A DNA stretch of 64,000 bases from Flavobacteriaceae bacterium (GTDB lineage Bacteria > Bacteroidota > Bacteroidia > Flavobacteriales > Flavobacteriaceae). Every line of letters begins with the position of its first letter. Within the stretch, counting starts at the first letter, position 1. The notes under the pieces were generated by a model that worked only from the letters and a program-made list of their open reading frames with translations, made no database searches and was not told the DNA's origin. The stretch lies in contig JAYOYS010000001.1 of NCBI GenBank assembly GCA_038153605.1, positions 57,527 to 121,526 on the forward strand, read 5' to 3'. Shown here one piece after another: positions 18,492 to 27,588 of this stretch. The position numbers and the translations under genes were made by a program.

Positions 18492-19340
18492 ATGGCCAAG
18501 AAAAAAGGGGGTTCGCCAAAGGCCCAAGCCTCAACTCGTAAACCTGCACAAGAACGCCCTGTTCAAAAAAATAAAAGACCTTTTGAGTCGGCAAGTAAAC
18601 CGTCCAAAAAGTCTAGCCCGAAAACTGATGGCCCTAAGCGTGATGGTACGCGTCTTAACAAGTTCATTGCCAATAGCGGGGTTTGTTCCCGTCGTGAGGC
18701 CGACACTTACATCACCTCAGGATTGGTGACGGTCAACAATAAAGTCATCAATACTATGGGTTACCTGGTTCAGCCTGGAGATGAAGTTAAGTTTGATGGT
18801 CGTCGTCTTCAACAAGATCCGCCAGCTTATATTTTATTAAATAAACCCAAAGCAGTTGCCTCGACTACCAGTGAGTCTAAAGGTCTGACCGTTATGGATT
18901 TGATTGCCAATGCTACCAAGGCTAGAGTGGCCCCTGTAGGGCGACTTGGGCGCAATGCCACGGGCTTATTTTTATTTACGAATGATGATCGCTTGATGCA
19001 AAAATTACATAAAAAAGGACTGCCTCGATTGTTTCACGTGGAGCTCGATAAAAACCTCAAAAATGAAGATTTACTTAAGATAAAGGAAGGTCTGAATATT
19101 GAGGGTAAAACGGTCACCGTTGAAGAAATAAGTTATGTTGTCAACGCGCCTAAAAAGGAAATCGGTCTCAAGATTAAGAATATGGGCAGTAGTGTAATCC
19201 GGGACTTATTCGAACATTTAGGATACCAAGTGGTCAAAGTTGATTGTGTTACCTTAGCACATCTCACTAAAAAAGATCTTCCAAGAGGGCGTTATCGTCA
19301 TTTAACAAATGATGAAATTAGCTTATTTTCAATGCTTTAA
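18492..19340 (+). CDS. rRNA pseudouridine synthase (RsuA/RluB family) with basic N-terminal tail and S4 domain
   Basis: S4 domain (RLNKFIANSGVCSRREAD) and catalytic GRLGRNATGL (GRLD-type loop). Confidence 0.88.
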   Translation: MAKKKGGSPKAQASTRKPAQERPVQKNKRPFESASKPSKKSSPKTDGPKRDGTRLNKFIANSGVCSRREADTYITSGLVTVNNKVINTMGYLVQPGDEVKFDGRRLQQDPPAYILLNKPKAVASTTSESKGLTVMDLIANATKARVAPVGRLGRNATGLFLFTNDDRLMQKLHKKGLPRLFHVELDKNLKNEDLLKIKEGLNIEGKTVTVEEISYVVNAPKKEIGLKIKNMGSSVIRDLFEHLGYQVVKVDCVTLAHLTKKDLPRGRYRHLTNDEISLFSML

Positions 19341-19399
19341 ATAAAAAATAAAGCCGCTTATTTTTTTTCATATCTGGGCTTGTTTTTCAAAAAATAATT

Positions 19400-19407
19400 T
19401 ACATTTG
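19400..19407 (+). promoter_or_regulatory. -7 promoter box TACATTTG (TACATTTGCCC) about 260 nt upstream of speA
   Basis: Exact TAnnTTTG match with the same TTTGCC extension seen at the tRNA promoters. Confidence 0.6.
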
Positions 19408-19464
19408 CCCAGTTTTTAGCTGAACGAGTGTATCAAGTTTCTACCTTCGGGTTTTTGAAAAAAA

Positions 19465-19531
19465 GGAAGTCATATTCAAAAACTGCTTACCAGGTAAGCG
19501 ACCGAAATTTAAAGCTAGCTTCCGTTTTTTT
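19465..19531 (+). promoter_or_regulatory. terminator-like element inside the speA leader (possible attenuator)
   Basis: GGAAGT...GCTTCC closing stem around an inner GCTTACC-A-GGTAAGC palindrome, followed by G plus 7 T. It lies 135 nt upstream of the speA ATG. Confidence 0.35.
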
Positions 19532-19665
19532 GATTCCGCGCACCGCTCATCTTTTGCGTAAAAAGATTTGGGCCCTGTTGCCAATAATTGTTTGAGTTTT
19601 TACCTCATTAACTCTGCAACACAATTATTATTAACACCACTCACTACCGGTAAGGCAACAAAAAA

Positions 19666-21063
19666 ATGAATACAAAATACATTGATCTAATTGATCAAAC
19701 CTATGAATTCCCTCAGGAAGAATTTACCCTAGAGGGAGACCACCTGCGCTTTCATGATATTGATTTGATGAATTTAGTAGAGACCTATGGCGCTCCACTT
19801 AAATTCACTTATCTGCCAAAAATCTCAGAAAACATTCAAAAGGCCAAGTCTTGGTTTGCTAGTGCGATTAAAAAACATGATTACAAAGGCAACTATAATT
19901 ACAGTTATTGCACCAAAAGCGCTCATTTTAAGCATGTATTGGTCGAGGCCCTAAAAAATGATGTACATATTGAAACTTCTTCTGCCTATGACATTAATAT
20001 TGTCGAAAATTTAAAAGCAGAGGGTAAGATTAGTCAAGATACTTATGTCATTTGTAATGGCTTCAAGCGCGAAGAGTACATCGAGAATATTGCACGACTC
20101 ATCAATTCAGGTCACGAGAATTGTTTTCCGATAATTGACAATTACGAAGAGTTAGGCCTGCTTGGCGACGCTATTGAGCGCGATTTTAAAATTGGTATTC
20201 GCATCGCATCCGAAGAAGAGCCGAAATTTGAGTTTTATACATCAAGATTGGGTATCGGATACAAGAATATAGTACCGTTCTACGAAGACAAAATCAAATA
20301 CAACGATAAAGTAGAGCTCAAAATGCTCCACTTTTTTATCAATACAGGCATCAAGGATAATGCCTATTATTGGAATGAGCTTATCAAATGTCTTAAGGTT
20401 TACACCAAACTTAAAAAAGTATGTCCGACACTAGATAGCCTGAATATTGGCGGTGGTTTTCCTATCAAGAATTCCTTGGCTTTTGATTATGACTATAACT
20501 ATATGGTCGACGAAATCATCAACCAAATCAATATTGCTTGTCATAATGAAGGGGTCCCTGTACCTCACATTTTCACAGAGTTTGGCAGTTTTACTGTGGG
20601 CGAAAGTGGGGGTGCGATTTATGAGATCCTTCATCAAAAACAGCAAAACGATCGTGAAAAGTGGAATATGATCAATTCTTCATTCATCACAACCCTGCCC
20701 GATACCTGGGCCATTAATAAGCGTTTTATAATGTTGGCTGTTAATCGATGGTATGACGAGTACGAGCGTGTTTTACTCGGAGGACTGACCTGTGATAGCG
20801 ATGACTATTATAATAGTGAACAACACGTTAACGCTATTTATTTACCCAAGTTTAAAAAAGACAAACCTTTATATATAGGGTTTTTCAATACTGGGGCTTA
20901 TCAAGAGTCCATAGGGGGTTTTGGTGGGCTACAACACTGTTTAATTCCCACGCCAAAACATATATTAATTCAAAAAGACGCCGATGGTAATCTCGAGACC
21001 TCGGTGTTTACACCACAACAAACAAGTGAACAATTACTCTCAATTTTAGGATATGAGCACTAG
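19666..21063 (+). CDS. speA: arginine decarboxylase (short, alanine-racemase-fold PLP enzyme)
   Basis: 465 aa. Orn/DAP/Arg decarboxylase-type pattern (YSYCTKSAH, LNIGGGFPI, EFGSF, GGLTCDSDD), followed by agmatinase. Confidence 0.82.
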   Translation: MNTKYIDLIDQTYEFPQEEFTLEGDHLRFHDIDLMNLVETYGAPLKFTYLPKISENIQKAKSWFASAIKKHDYKGNYNYSYCTKSAHFKHVLVEALKNDVHIETSSAYDINIVENLKAEGKISQDTYVICNGFKREEYIENIARLINSGHENCFPIIDNYEELGLLGDAIERDFKIGIRIASEEEPKFEFYTSRLGIGYKNIVPFYEDKIKYNDKVELKMLHFFINTGIKDNAYYWNELIKCLKVYTKLKKVCPTLDSLNIGGGFPIKNSLAFDYDYNYMVDEIINQINIACHNEGVPVPHIFTEFGSFTVGESGGAIYEILHQKQQNDREKWNMINSSFITTLPDTWAINKRFIMLAVNRWYDEYERVLLGGLTCDSDDYYNSEQHVNAIYLPKFKKDKPLYIGFFNTGAYQESIGGFGGLQHCLIPTPKHILIQKDADGNLETSVFTPQQTSEQLLSILGYEH

Positions 21064-21988
21064 AACTTATGCAGGAATTCCTGCAGCTTATAGCAGTCTT
21101 GATACTAGTAAAATAGTTTTAATTCCCGTACCATACGACGGCACCAGTACTTGGCAAAAAGGTGCGGACAAGGGGCCTGAAGCATTTTTAAGAGCCTCTG
21201 AAAACATGGAGCTTTACGATATCGAAACCGATAGTGAAGTTTACAAACAAGGGGTTTATTTGGCGGAGGCCATTGACGAGAAAAGTAGCCCTGAGGCTGT
21301 GGTTGCCAAGGTGCACAAAACAGTTAAAGAATATATACTGCGCAATAAATTTGTGACCATTTTTGGTGGGGAGCACAGCATTTCTATTGGTACAATTCGC
21401 GCCTTTAATGAGTGCTTTGATGACTTGACGGTACTGCATATTGATGCTCACGCTGATTTACGCGCTTCATATGAAGGGTCGAAATGTAATCACGCCTGCG
21501 CGGTTTATGAGGCGAGTCAAACGACAAATTTGATACAAGTAGGGATCCGCAGTATGGACGTTTCTGAGACTACAGTAATGGATACAGAGAAAACTTGGTT
21601 TGCCCATGATATGGTCAATGAGGAATATTGGATGGACAGTGTTATTGAGGCTCTTGGGGAGAATGTGTTTATCACTTTTGACCTAGACGCTTTCGATCCA
21701 TCTATTATGCCCTCTACAGGTACTCCTGAGCCCGGAGGTTTACTTTGGTATGAAACGCTAGACTTTTTACGCCGTGTTTTCGAGCAGCGCAATGTAGTGG
21801 GCTTTGATATTGTGGAGTTGTGTCCTCGTGAAGAAGAAAAAAGTTCTGATTTTTTAGCCGCAAAGCTCTATTACAAAATGTTATCCTATAAATTTGACGG
21901 CATTGATTCTGAGGATAGCTTCGAAAGCAATTTCAATGACACCTCTAAAAAATCATTACCAAAATTTAACAACGACATTGATGAGTAA
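21053..21988 (+). CDS. speB: agmatinase (ureohydrolase family)
   Basis: GGEHSIS, HIDAHADLR and TFDLDAFDPS Mn-binding motifs. 11-nt overlap with speA. Confidence 0.9.
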   Translation: MSTRTYAGIPAAYSSLDTSKIVLIPVPYDGTSTWQKGADKGPEAFLRASENMELYDIETDSEVYKQGVYLAEAIDEKSSPEAVVAKVHKTVKEYILRNKFVTIFGGEHSISIGTIRAFNECFDDLTVLHIDAHADLRASYEGSKCNHACAVYEASQTTNLIQVGIRSMDVSETTVMDTEKTWFAHDMVNEEYWMDSVIEALGENVFITFDLDAFDPSIMPSTGTPEPGGLLWYETLDFLRRVFEQRNVVGFDIVELCPREEEKSSDFLAAKLYYKMLSYKFDGIDSEDSFESNFNDTSKKSLPKFNNDIDE

Positions 21989-22952
21989 CAAGCCCATTTC
22001 TGAATTTATTCAAAAGTATTACAAGCACTTCAACGCTGCAGCATTAGTAGATGCTGCCAAAGGTTATGAAGCACAATTAAACCAAGGGTCCAAAATGTTG
22101 GTTTCTTTGGCAGGTGCCATGAGTACCGCCGAATTGGGCAAAATCTTTGCTGAAATCATTCGCCAAGATAAAGTGCAAATTATTTCTTGTACTGGAGCCA
22201 ATTTGGAGGAGGATGTGATGAATCTCGTAGCACATTCCCACTATGAGCGCGTACCAAACTATCGCGATTTGACTCCTGAACAAGAGTGGGCTTTATTGGA
22301 GCGCGGTTTAAATCGCGTTACGGATACCTGCATTCCCGAGGAAGAAGCATTTCGCAGGCTTCAGGGGCATATTTTTAAGATATGGAAAGAGGCTGAAGAG
22401 CGCAATGAGCGCTTTTTTCCACATGAGTTCATGTACAAGCTATTACTCAGTGGGGTTCTAGAACCTTACTACGAAATAGATTTGAAAGATTCATGGATGT
22501 ATGCTGCGGCTCAAAAAAACCTGCCAATGGTAGTGCCTGGATGGGAAGATAGCACCATGGGCAATATTTTTGCCAGTTATGTTCTGAAAGGGGAGCTTAA
22601 GGCCTCGACTATGAAGTCAGGAATCGAGTATATGACATTTTTGGCCGATTGGTACACAGCCAATTCCGAAAAGGGTATCGGATTTTTCCAAATTGGTGGG
22701 GGGATTGCCGGAGATTTTCCGATTTGTGTGGTCCCGATGCTTTACCAAGATATGGAGCGCACCGATACCCCGTTTTGGAGTTATTTCTGTCAAATCAGTG
22801 ACTCTACCACCAGTTATGGAAGTTATTCTGGGGCCGTGCCTAATGAAAAAATCACCTGGGGTAAACTGGACATAAATACCCCGAAATACATTATAGAAAG
22901 CGACGCTACCATAGTAGCGCCATTAATTTTTGCTTATTTGTTAGAATATTAA
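21981..22952 (+). CDS. deoxyhypusine synthase-like protein (candidate homospermidine synthase)
   Basis: ATG at 21981 in an ATGAGTAA overlap with the speB stop. DHS-family sequence (SLAGAMSTAELG, CTGANLEEDV, GGGIAGDFP). Confidence 0.86.
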   Translation: MSNKPISEFIQKYYKHFNAAALVDAAKGYEAQLNQGSKMLVSLAGAMSTAELGKIFAEIIRQDKVQIISCTGANLEEDVMNLVAHSHYERVPNYRDLTPEQEWALLERGLNRVTDTCIPEEEAFRRLQGHIFKIWKEAEERNERFFPHEFMYKLLLSGVLEPYYEIDLKDSWMYAAAQKNLPMVVPGWEDSTMGNIFASYVLKGELKASTMKSGIEYMTFLADWYTANSEKGIGFFQIGGGIAGDFPICVVPMLYQDMERTDTPFWSYFCQISDSTTSYGSYSGAVPNEKITWGKLDINTPKYIIESDATIVAPLIFAYLLEY

Positions 22953-22954
22953 TT

Positions 22955-23260
22955 ATGAGACGCGTCATAGTAGATTATAAAAAACTCAACAACGAAATAC
23001 TCGATCTTTTGGTCGATAAGTTTCCCTACGGTTACGAACCTGAAGACATCATCACTTTTCGCAATGCCCAAAATGAAATCATTGAGGCTGTAGAAGTCCG
23101 CACTGAGGATACCATTTATTTAGTCAAAGTAAGCAAGCGACTTGCCGATACTATGGAGAGTTTTCAAGACGATGATGACAATGATTATGACGATGAAGAA
23201 AAAGATAGCACAGACACTCCGGAGCTATCTGATGAGGATGATCAAGACGACGATTATTAA
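22955..23260 (+). CDS. small protein with an extremely acidic C-terminal tail, last gene of the polyamine operon
   Basis: 101 aa, 2 nt after the DHS-like stop. About 60 structured residues precede QDDDDNDYDDEEKDSTDTPELSDEDDQDDDY. Confidence 0.6.
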   Translation: MRRVIVDYKKLNNEILDLLVDKFPYGYEPEDIITFRNAQNEIIEAVEVRTEDTIYLVKVSKRLADTMESFQDDDDNDYDDEEKDSTDTPELSDEDDQDDDY

Positions 23261-23317
23261 GCTTCATAATGTGAAGGGGATACCCAAGTTACCAACCACA
23301 TTCTGTTCATAATTCTA

Positions 23318-23358
23318 TTAAGCCATTTTACTGCGGAACAGTAAAATGGCTTAATTTT
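23318..23358 (+). terminator. strong rho-independent terminator of the polyamine operon
   Basis: Perfect 16-bp stem TTAAGCCATTTTACTG / CAGTAAAATGGCTTAA with loop CGGAA, followed by TTTT. Confidence 0.88.
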
Positions 23359-23402
23359 CTATAGACACAAAACTAACGTCAATTGATTTCTGTTTATAGA
23401 CC

Positions 23403-23816
23403 ATGAATCCACAATTCCATTTGTCATTGCCTTGTCGTCATCTTGAAGCGACGCGTCGTTTTTTTACCGAAATTATTGGGGCCTCGGTGGGCCGTCAATC
23501 AAATTTGTGGTGTGACATCAATCTATTTGGTCATCAAATAACCTACACTAAATGCGGTACATTTCGATTTGATTATCCCAATTATAGTTTTGAAAAAACC
23601 ATTTTGCCCTCCTTTCATTTTGGAATTGTATTGAAGCGCCCAGAATGGAATACCCTTCATGATCGATTGGAAAAAGAAGAATTTCTCCACACCCCAGCCA
23701 CAGAGTTCCTCACCGGGCGTATTGGGGCACATCGTTCATTTTTTGTAAAAGACCCCAACGGTTTTTTGATTGAGTTTAAGTGTTTTGATCAAGAGGATGA
23801 GGTTTTTGCCCATTGA
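23403..23816 (+). CDS. VOC (glyoxalase/bleomycin-resistance/dioxygenase) family protein
   Basis: 137 aa. FHLSLPC...FGHQI...HFGIVL...DPNGFLIEFK pattern of paired beta-alpha-beta-beta-beta modules. Confidence 0.6.
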   Translation: MNPQFHLSLPCRHLEATRRFFTEIIGASVGRQSNLWCDINLFGHQITYTKCGTFRFDYPNYSFEKTILPSFHFGIVLKRPEWNTLHDRLEKEEFLHTPATEFLTGRIGAHRSFFVKDPNGFLIEFKCFDQEDEVFAH

Positions 23817-25201
23817 TCCTTGGTGTTTCGGGCGTTTTTAAGCTCCCAGAATATAAAAGCAAAAAGAGGAATATATTCGATACTTAGCCAAAGGCCATGT
23901 TCTTGAACTGGGTCATTACCATAGGCTGTATAGCTCAGAAAGACCAGTGCACTGCCTAATAGACCAATTCTGCTTTGGGTTAAAATACTCAAAACTAAAA
24001 CTGTGGTCCAATACCAAGGGTGCACTGTAGTTGACAACAATAAGAAAATCAAGATAGCCCCCAACATGGCCTGATATAAGTTGATTTTTTGGGTCCAAAC
24101 TCGAAAACTGAAATACAGTATGCCCAAGGTGGTGGCGATCGAGAGTAGGGGCCCGAATTGGGCAATCATATTATAGCCTTTCCACTGAAAGCCCAGCCAG
24201 CGCAAGAGATAATATATACTGGCGTTAAATTCAAACTTTGTAAACCAAAGGGCTGTTGTAGCGCTGTAATTGATAAGGTTTTCATTATTGATCAATGGTA
24301 AAAAAATAAGCCCAAGCGTCGCAAAGATTCCTGTGACAAATAACAACAAAGGTTTGATTTTGACTTTGGAAATTGGGTGAAAATGACCGACTATAGAGAC
24401 GCTAATAAGGGGTAAAAACATCAATGGAATAAGTTTTAGACCGACCCCAACACTCAAGAAGATCCCAGAGTATAAATACTTTTTTTGGGTTAAAAAAAGA
24501 AGGCTCGTTAAAATTGTGACTGCCATAATGCCCTCAAAGTGAACATTACCTGTGAGTTCTAAAATGATTAAGGGGTTTAGGAAGTACCAATTGATGTATT
24601 TCGGGTTTAATGATTGATTTAAAAGTAAACGACGTCCCAAGAAAAAAACCCCAATATCGCCCAGTATTATAAGCAGTCTTAAAACCGAAATTTGATCGAT
24701 AATCGTTTTGAGGCCAATCCATTGAGGTAAGGCGAAAATCAGCTGTTTGACCGGGGGGTAATTACTAAAATTACCGGCGCTAAGGGCCCCCATGGTTGAA
24801 TAGAGCTGCTCAAAATTGGGAATAATTAAGCCGTGAAGATTAAGTTCTTGAATCAGCGTATTTGGGGTATAGTCATAAGGAGAAAATCCTTGAGCAAATA
24901 AGGCGCCATCCCATAAAAAACGAAAAACATCCTGCGATAAATTAGGCCAAGAAAAAAGCAACATTAGCCTGAGAAATAGGCCTGCAAATAAATCGTATTT
25001 CCAGGGTCTTGAGGCTTGATTCTGATAAGATTGCTCAAGGCGCAACCAAGGCCAGCTCAACAACCAAAGACCAGCGTAACTTAGCAAAAGGCTCTCGGTA
25101 TGACTGCGGTCCATGTAATGGCCAAAGGCGAAATAACCCACACACAATATTAGCCAAGTAACTGCTAGTATGGTGATCTGATTATGCCGCAGGGCCCCCA
25201 T
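23789..25201 (-). CDS. polytopic membrane protein, GT-C-like (polyprenyl-phosphate-dependent glycosyl/mannosyltransferase-like)
   Basis: More than 10 predicted TM segments. The first-loop motif LSQDVFRFLWDG...GFSPY resembles the DxxRYxWDG loop of GT-C mannosyltransferase-like families. Confidence 0.45.
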   Translation of the reverse strand: MGALRHNQITILAVTWLILCVGYFAFGHYMDRSHTESLLLSYAGLWLLSWPWLRLEQSYQNQASRPWKYDLFAGLFLRLMLLFSWPNLSQDVFRFLWDGALFAQGFSPYDYTPNTLIQELNLHGLIIPNFEQLYSTMGALSAGNFSNYPPVKQLIFALPQWIGLKTIIDQISVLRLLIILGDIGVFFLGRRLLLNQSLNPKYINWYFLNPLIILELTGNVHFEGIMAVTILTSLLFLTQKKYLYSGIFLSVGVGLKLIPLMFLPLISVSIVGHFHPISKVKIKPLLLFVTGIFATLGLIFLPLINNENLINYSATTALWFTKFEFNASIYYLLRWLGFQWKGYNMIAQFGPLLSIATTLGILYFSFRVWTQKINLYQAMLGAILIFLLLSTTVHPWYWTTVLVLSILTQSRIGLLGSALVFLSYTAYGNDPVQEHGLWLSIEYIPLFAFIFWELKNARNTKDQWAKTSSS

Positions 25202-25212
25202 AGTCTAATAAA

Positions 25213-26316
25213 TTAATCTTGCCACTCGGCTATGAATAAATTTGTGTCGCGTGTACCTCCGTTATTTCTGTTCGAAGAAAAGACTAAATACTTTCCATCA
25301 TTGCTAAATACTGGAAAGGCATCAAAGGTTTCGCTATGAGTAACGCGTGTTAAATTTTTCCCATCAGTATCAATCATATACAGGTTGAAGGGGAACCCAC
25401 GCTCGGCCTCGAAATTACTCGAGAATAATATTTTGTCTCCACTGGGGTGAAAAAATGGACTCCAGTTTGCATTTCCTAGGCGTGTTAACTGTCTTAAATC
25501 CGAGCCATCAGCGTTACAGATAAACAATTCCATTTCTGTGGGTTCTACAAGACCTTCAGCCAATAGGGACTTGTATTTTTCTATGGCTTCAGGTGTTTTA
25601 GGACGTGAAGCGCGGAAGATAATTTGGGAACCATCCGGAGAGAAAAATGCGCCACCATCATAACCGAGTTCATCGGTGATTTGTTTTACATTCGATCCAT
25701 CAATATCCATAGTATATAACTCCAAATCACCACTTCTGGTAGAGGTAAAAACGATTTTATCTCCTTTAGGAGAGACCGTAGCCTCAGCGTCATAACCAGG
25801 TTCAGTGGTAAGTTGTCCTGTAATATTGCCTTCTAAATCGGCAACAAAAATGTCAAAGCTGTCATACACAGGCCAAACATAGTTGCCATTTTTTCTCAAG
25901 GGCACCTCTGGGCAATCTTCATTGTCTAAGTGTGTTGAAGCATAGACAAAATGAGTATTGTCGGGTAAAAAATAACCGCATGTGGTACGTCCTTTTCCGG
26001 TTGAAATCATTGGCGGTTGCTTTGTGGAGAATTCTTCATCGACATTCATGAGAAACATTTGGTCACAACCCACACCCCAGCTGGCATTGTTGGATTGAAA
26101 TAAAAGTTGCTGATCGTCAAAACGCCAATAGGCCTCGGCATTATCCCCTCCAAAAGTGACTTGACGCAAGGATTTAAAATGGGTCTCTTCCGGGTAAATC
26201 AGTGGGTTTTGGTTGAGGGTATTTTCGGTAGGCTCACTTTTTGTCTCTTGATTCTCTTGTTTTTGACCACAAGCGGCAAAAATCAAAAGCATCATTACAA
26301 AGGGTAGTTTTCTCAT
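25213..26316 (-). CDS. TolB-like / PD40 beta-propeller lipoprotein
   Basis: Lipoprotein signal LLIFAAC. Repeated PD40-type units (SPDGSQIIF.S.R, SNDGKYLVFSSNR, DIFVADLEG). Confidence 0.75.
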   Translation of the reverse strand: MRKLPFVMMLLIFAACGQKQENQETKSEPTENTLNQNPLIYPEETHFKSLRQVTFGGDNAEAYWRFDDQQLLFQSNNASWGVGCDQMFLMNVDEEFSTKQPPMISTGKGRTTCGYFLPDNTHFVYASTHLDNEDCPEVPLRKNGNYVWPVYDSFDIFVADLEGNITGQLTTEPGYDAEATVSPKGDKIVFTSTRSGDLELYTMDIDGSNVKQITDELGYDGGAFFSPDGSQIIFRASRPKTPEAIEKYKSLLAEGLVEPTEMELFICNADGSDLRQLTRLGNANWSPFFHPSGDKILFSSNFEAERGFPFNLYMIDTDGKNLTRVTHSETFDAFPVFSNDGKYLVFSSNRNNGGTRDTNLFIAEWQD

Positions 26317-26347
26317 TTTTCAATTACTTTTGTGCAAAAATAAAGAT

Positions 26348-27583
26348 ATGCGCACAATTAAAGTCCTTTTTTTCCTGCTGATTTTGTCCTCGTGTGGTGC
26401 TCCAACAATAGCGCCAATTGACCAATTAAAAACCGATCTTGGCTATTTGTCTGCAGATGCATTAGAGGGACGTGAAACAGGAACTAATGGGGAGCTAATG
26501 GCGGCCGATTATTTGGCTCAACGATTTACCGATCTTGGTCTTTCAACCAAAGGAACAGAGGGTTATTTTCAAAAGTTCAGCTTTAAACCGAGCTTAAATC
26601 CTCATGAGCAGACTCAGGTAGATGTCCCTGGACAGCAAGACGCATACCAAGGAACTAATGTTATTGGCTACATGGATAATGGCGCAGAGAAAACCGTGGT
26701 CATCGGGGCACATTTTGACCATCTGGGCTGGGGCGGCGAAGGATCGCTTTATCGAGATAGTATTCCAAACATCCACAATGGTGCTGATGATAATGCCAGT
26801 GGCGTTGCCTTAATGTTGTACCTGGCTGAACGCTTGAATGAAGGACCAAAGAAACGAAGTAATTATATGTTCATCGGTTTTTCTGGTGAAGAAAAAGGTT
26901 TACTGGGGTCCAATTATTTTGTAAAAAATCCAACCATTGACCTCGCTAGCGTAAATTTTATGGTCAATATGGATATGGTAGGTCGTTTGAATGAAGAAAA
27001 AACACTCGCTGTGCATGGTGTAGGGACTTCACCAAAATTCAAACAATTAATATTTGCCAACAATGAATTTGGGTTAAATATTGCGGAACATGAAAGCGGC
27101 GTGGGCCCATCAGATCATACTTCTTTTTATCTCATGGACTTACCAGTGTTGCATTTTTTCACAGGTCAACATGAAGACTATCACAAGCCTTCAGATGACG
27201 CTGATAAAATCAATTATCCGGGACTAGAGACCATCGGGCAATACATTTTTGCCATCATAACAGACCTTGACGATGATGCTCCTTTGAGTTTCCGTAAAAC
27301 AAAAAATGAAAGCGAAGAAACCCCTCTTTTTAAAGTAGGCCTAGGTGTAGTTCCAGATTATTTGTATACCGGCACAGGAATGCGTATTGATGGGGTCAGC
27401 GAGGATAAGCCCGCTCAAAAGGCCGGACTTCAAAAAGGAGACGTCGTGGTGCGCTTAGGCGATAGCACGGTCACTGACATGATGAGTTATATGCGTGCCC
27501 TTTCTGTGTTCAAACAGGGAGATTCTACTGAAGCAACTATTGAGCGTGGGGAACAGACCCTTGAGGTTCAAATTGATTTTTAA
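26348..27583 (+). CDS. M28 family metallopeptidase with C-terminal PDZ domain
   Basis: Signal and lipobox LILSSC. HFDHLG, GADDNASG, GEEKGLLGS and SDH metal-site motifs. PDZ-like GLQKGDVVVRLGD. Confidence 0.85.
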   Translation: MRTIKVLFFLLILSSCGAPTIAPIDQLKTDLGYLSADALEGRETGTNGELMAADYLAQRFTDLGLSTKGTEGYFQKFSFKPSLNPHEQTQVDVPGQQDAYQGTNVIGYMDNGAEKTVVIGAHFDHLGWGGEGSLYRDSIPNIHNGADDNASGVALMLYLAERLNEGPKKRSNYMFIGFSGEEKGLLGSNYFVKNPTIDLASVNFMVNMDMVGRLNEEKTLAVHGVGTSPKFKQLIFANNEFGLNIAEHESGVGPSDHTSFYLMDLPVLHFFTGQHEDYHKPSDDADKINYPGLETIGQYIFAIITDLDDDAPLSFRKTKNESEETPLFKVGLGVVPDYLYTGTGMRIDGVSEDKPAQKAGLQKGDVVVRLGDSTVTDMMSYMRALSVFKQGDSTEATIERGEQTLEVQIDF

Positions 27584-27588
27584 GCTAT

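Noticed and set aside
21894-21980. Upstream extension of the DHS-like ORF overlapping speB by 95 nt.
   Set aside because: The extension has no DHS similarity. The ATG at 21981 gives the conserved MSNKPISEF... N-terminus and a typical ATGAGTAA coupling overlap.
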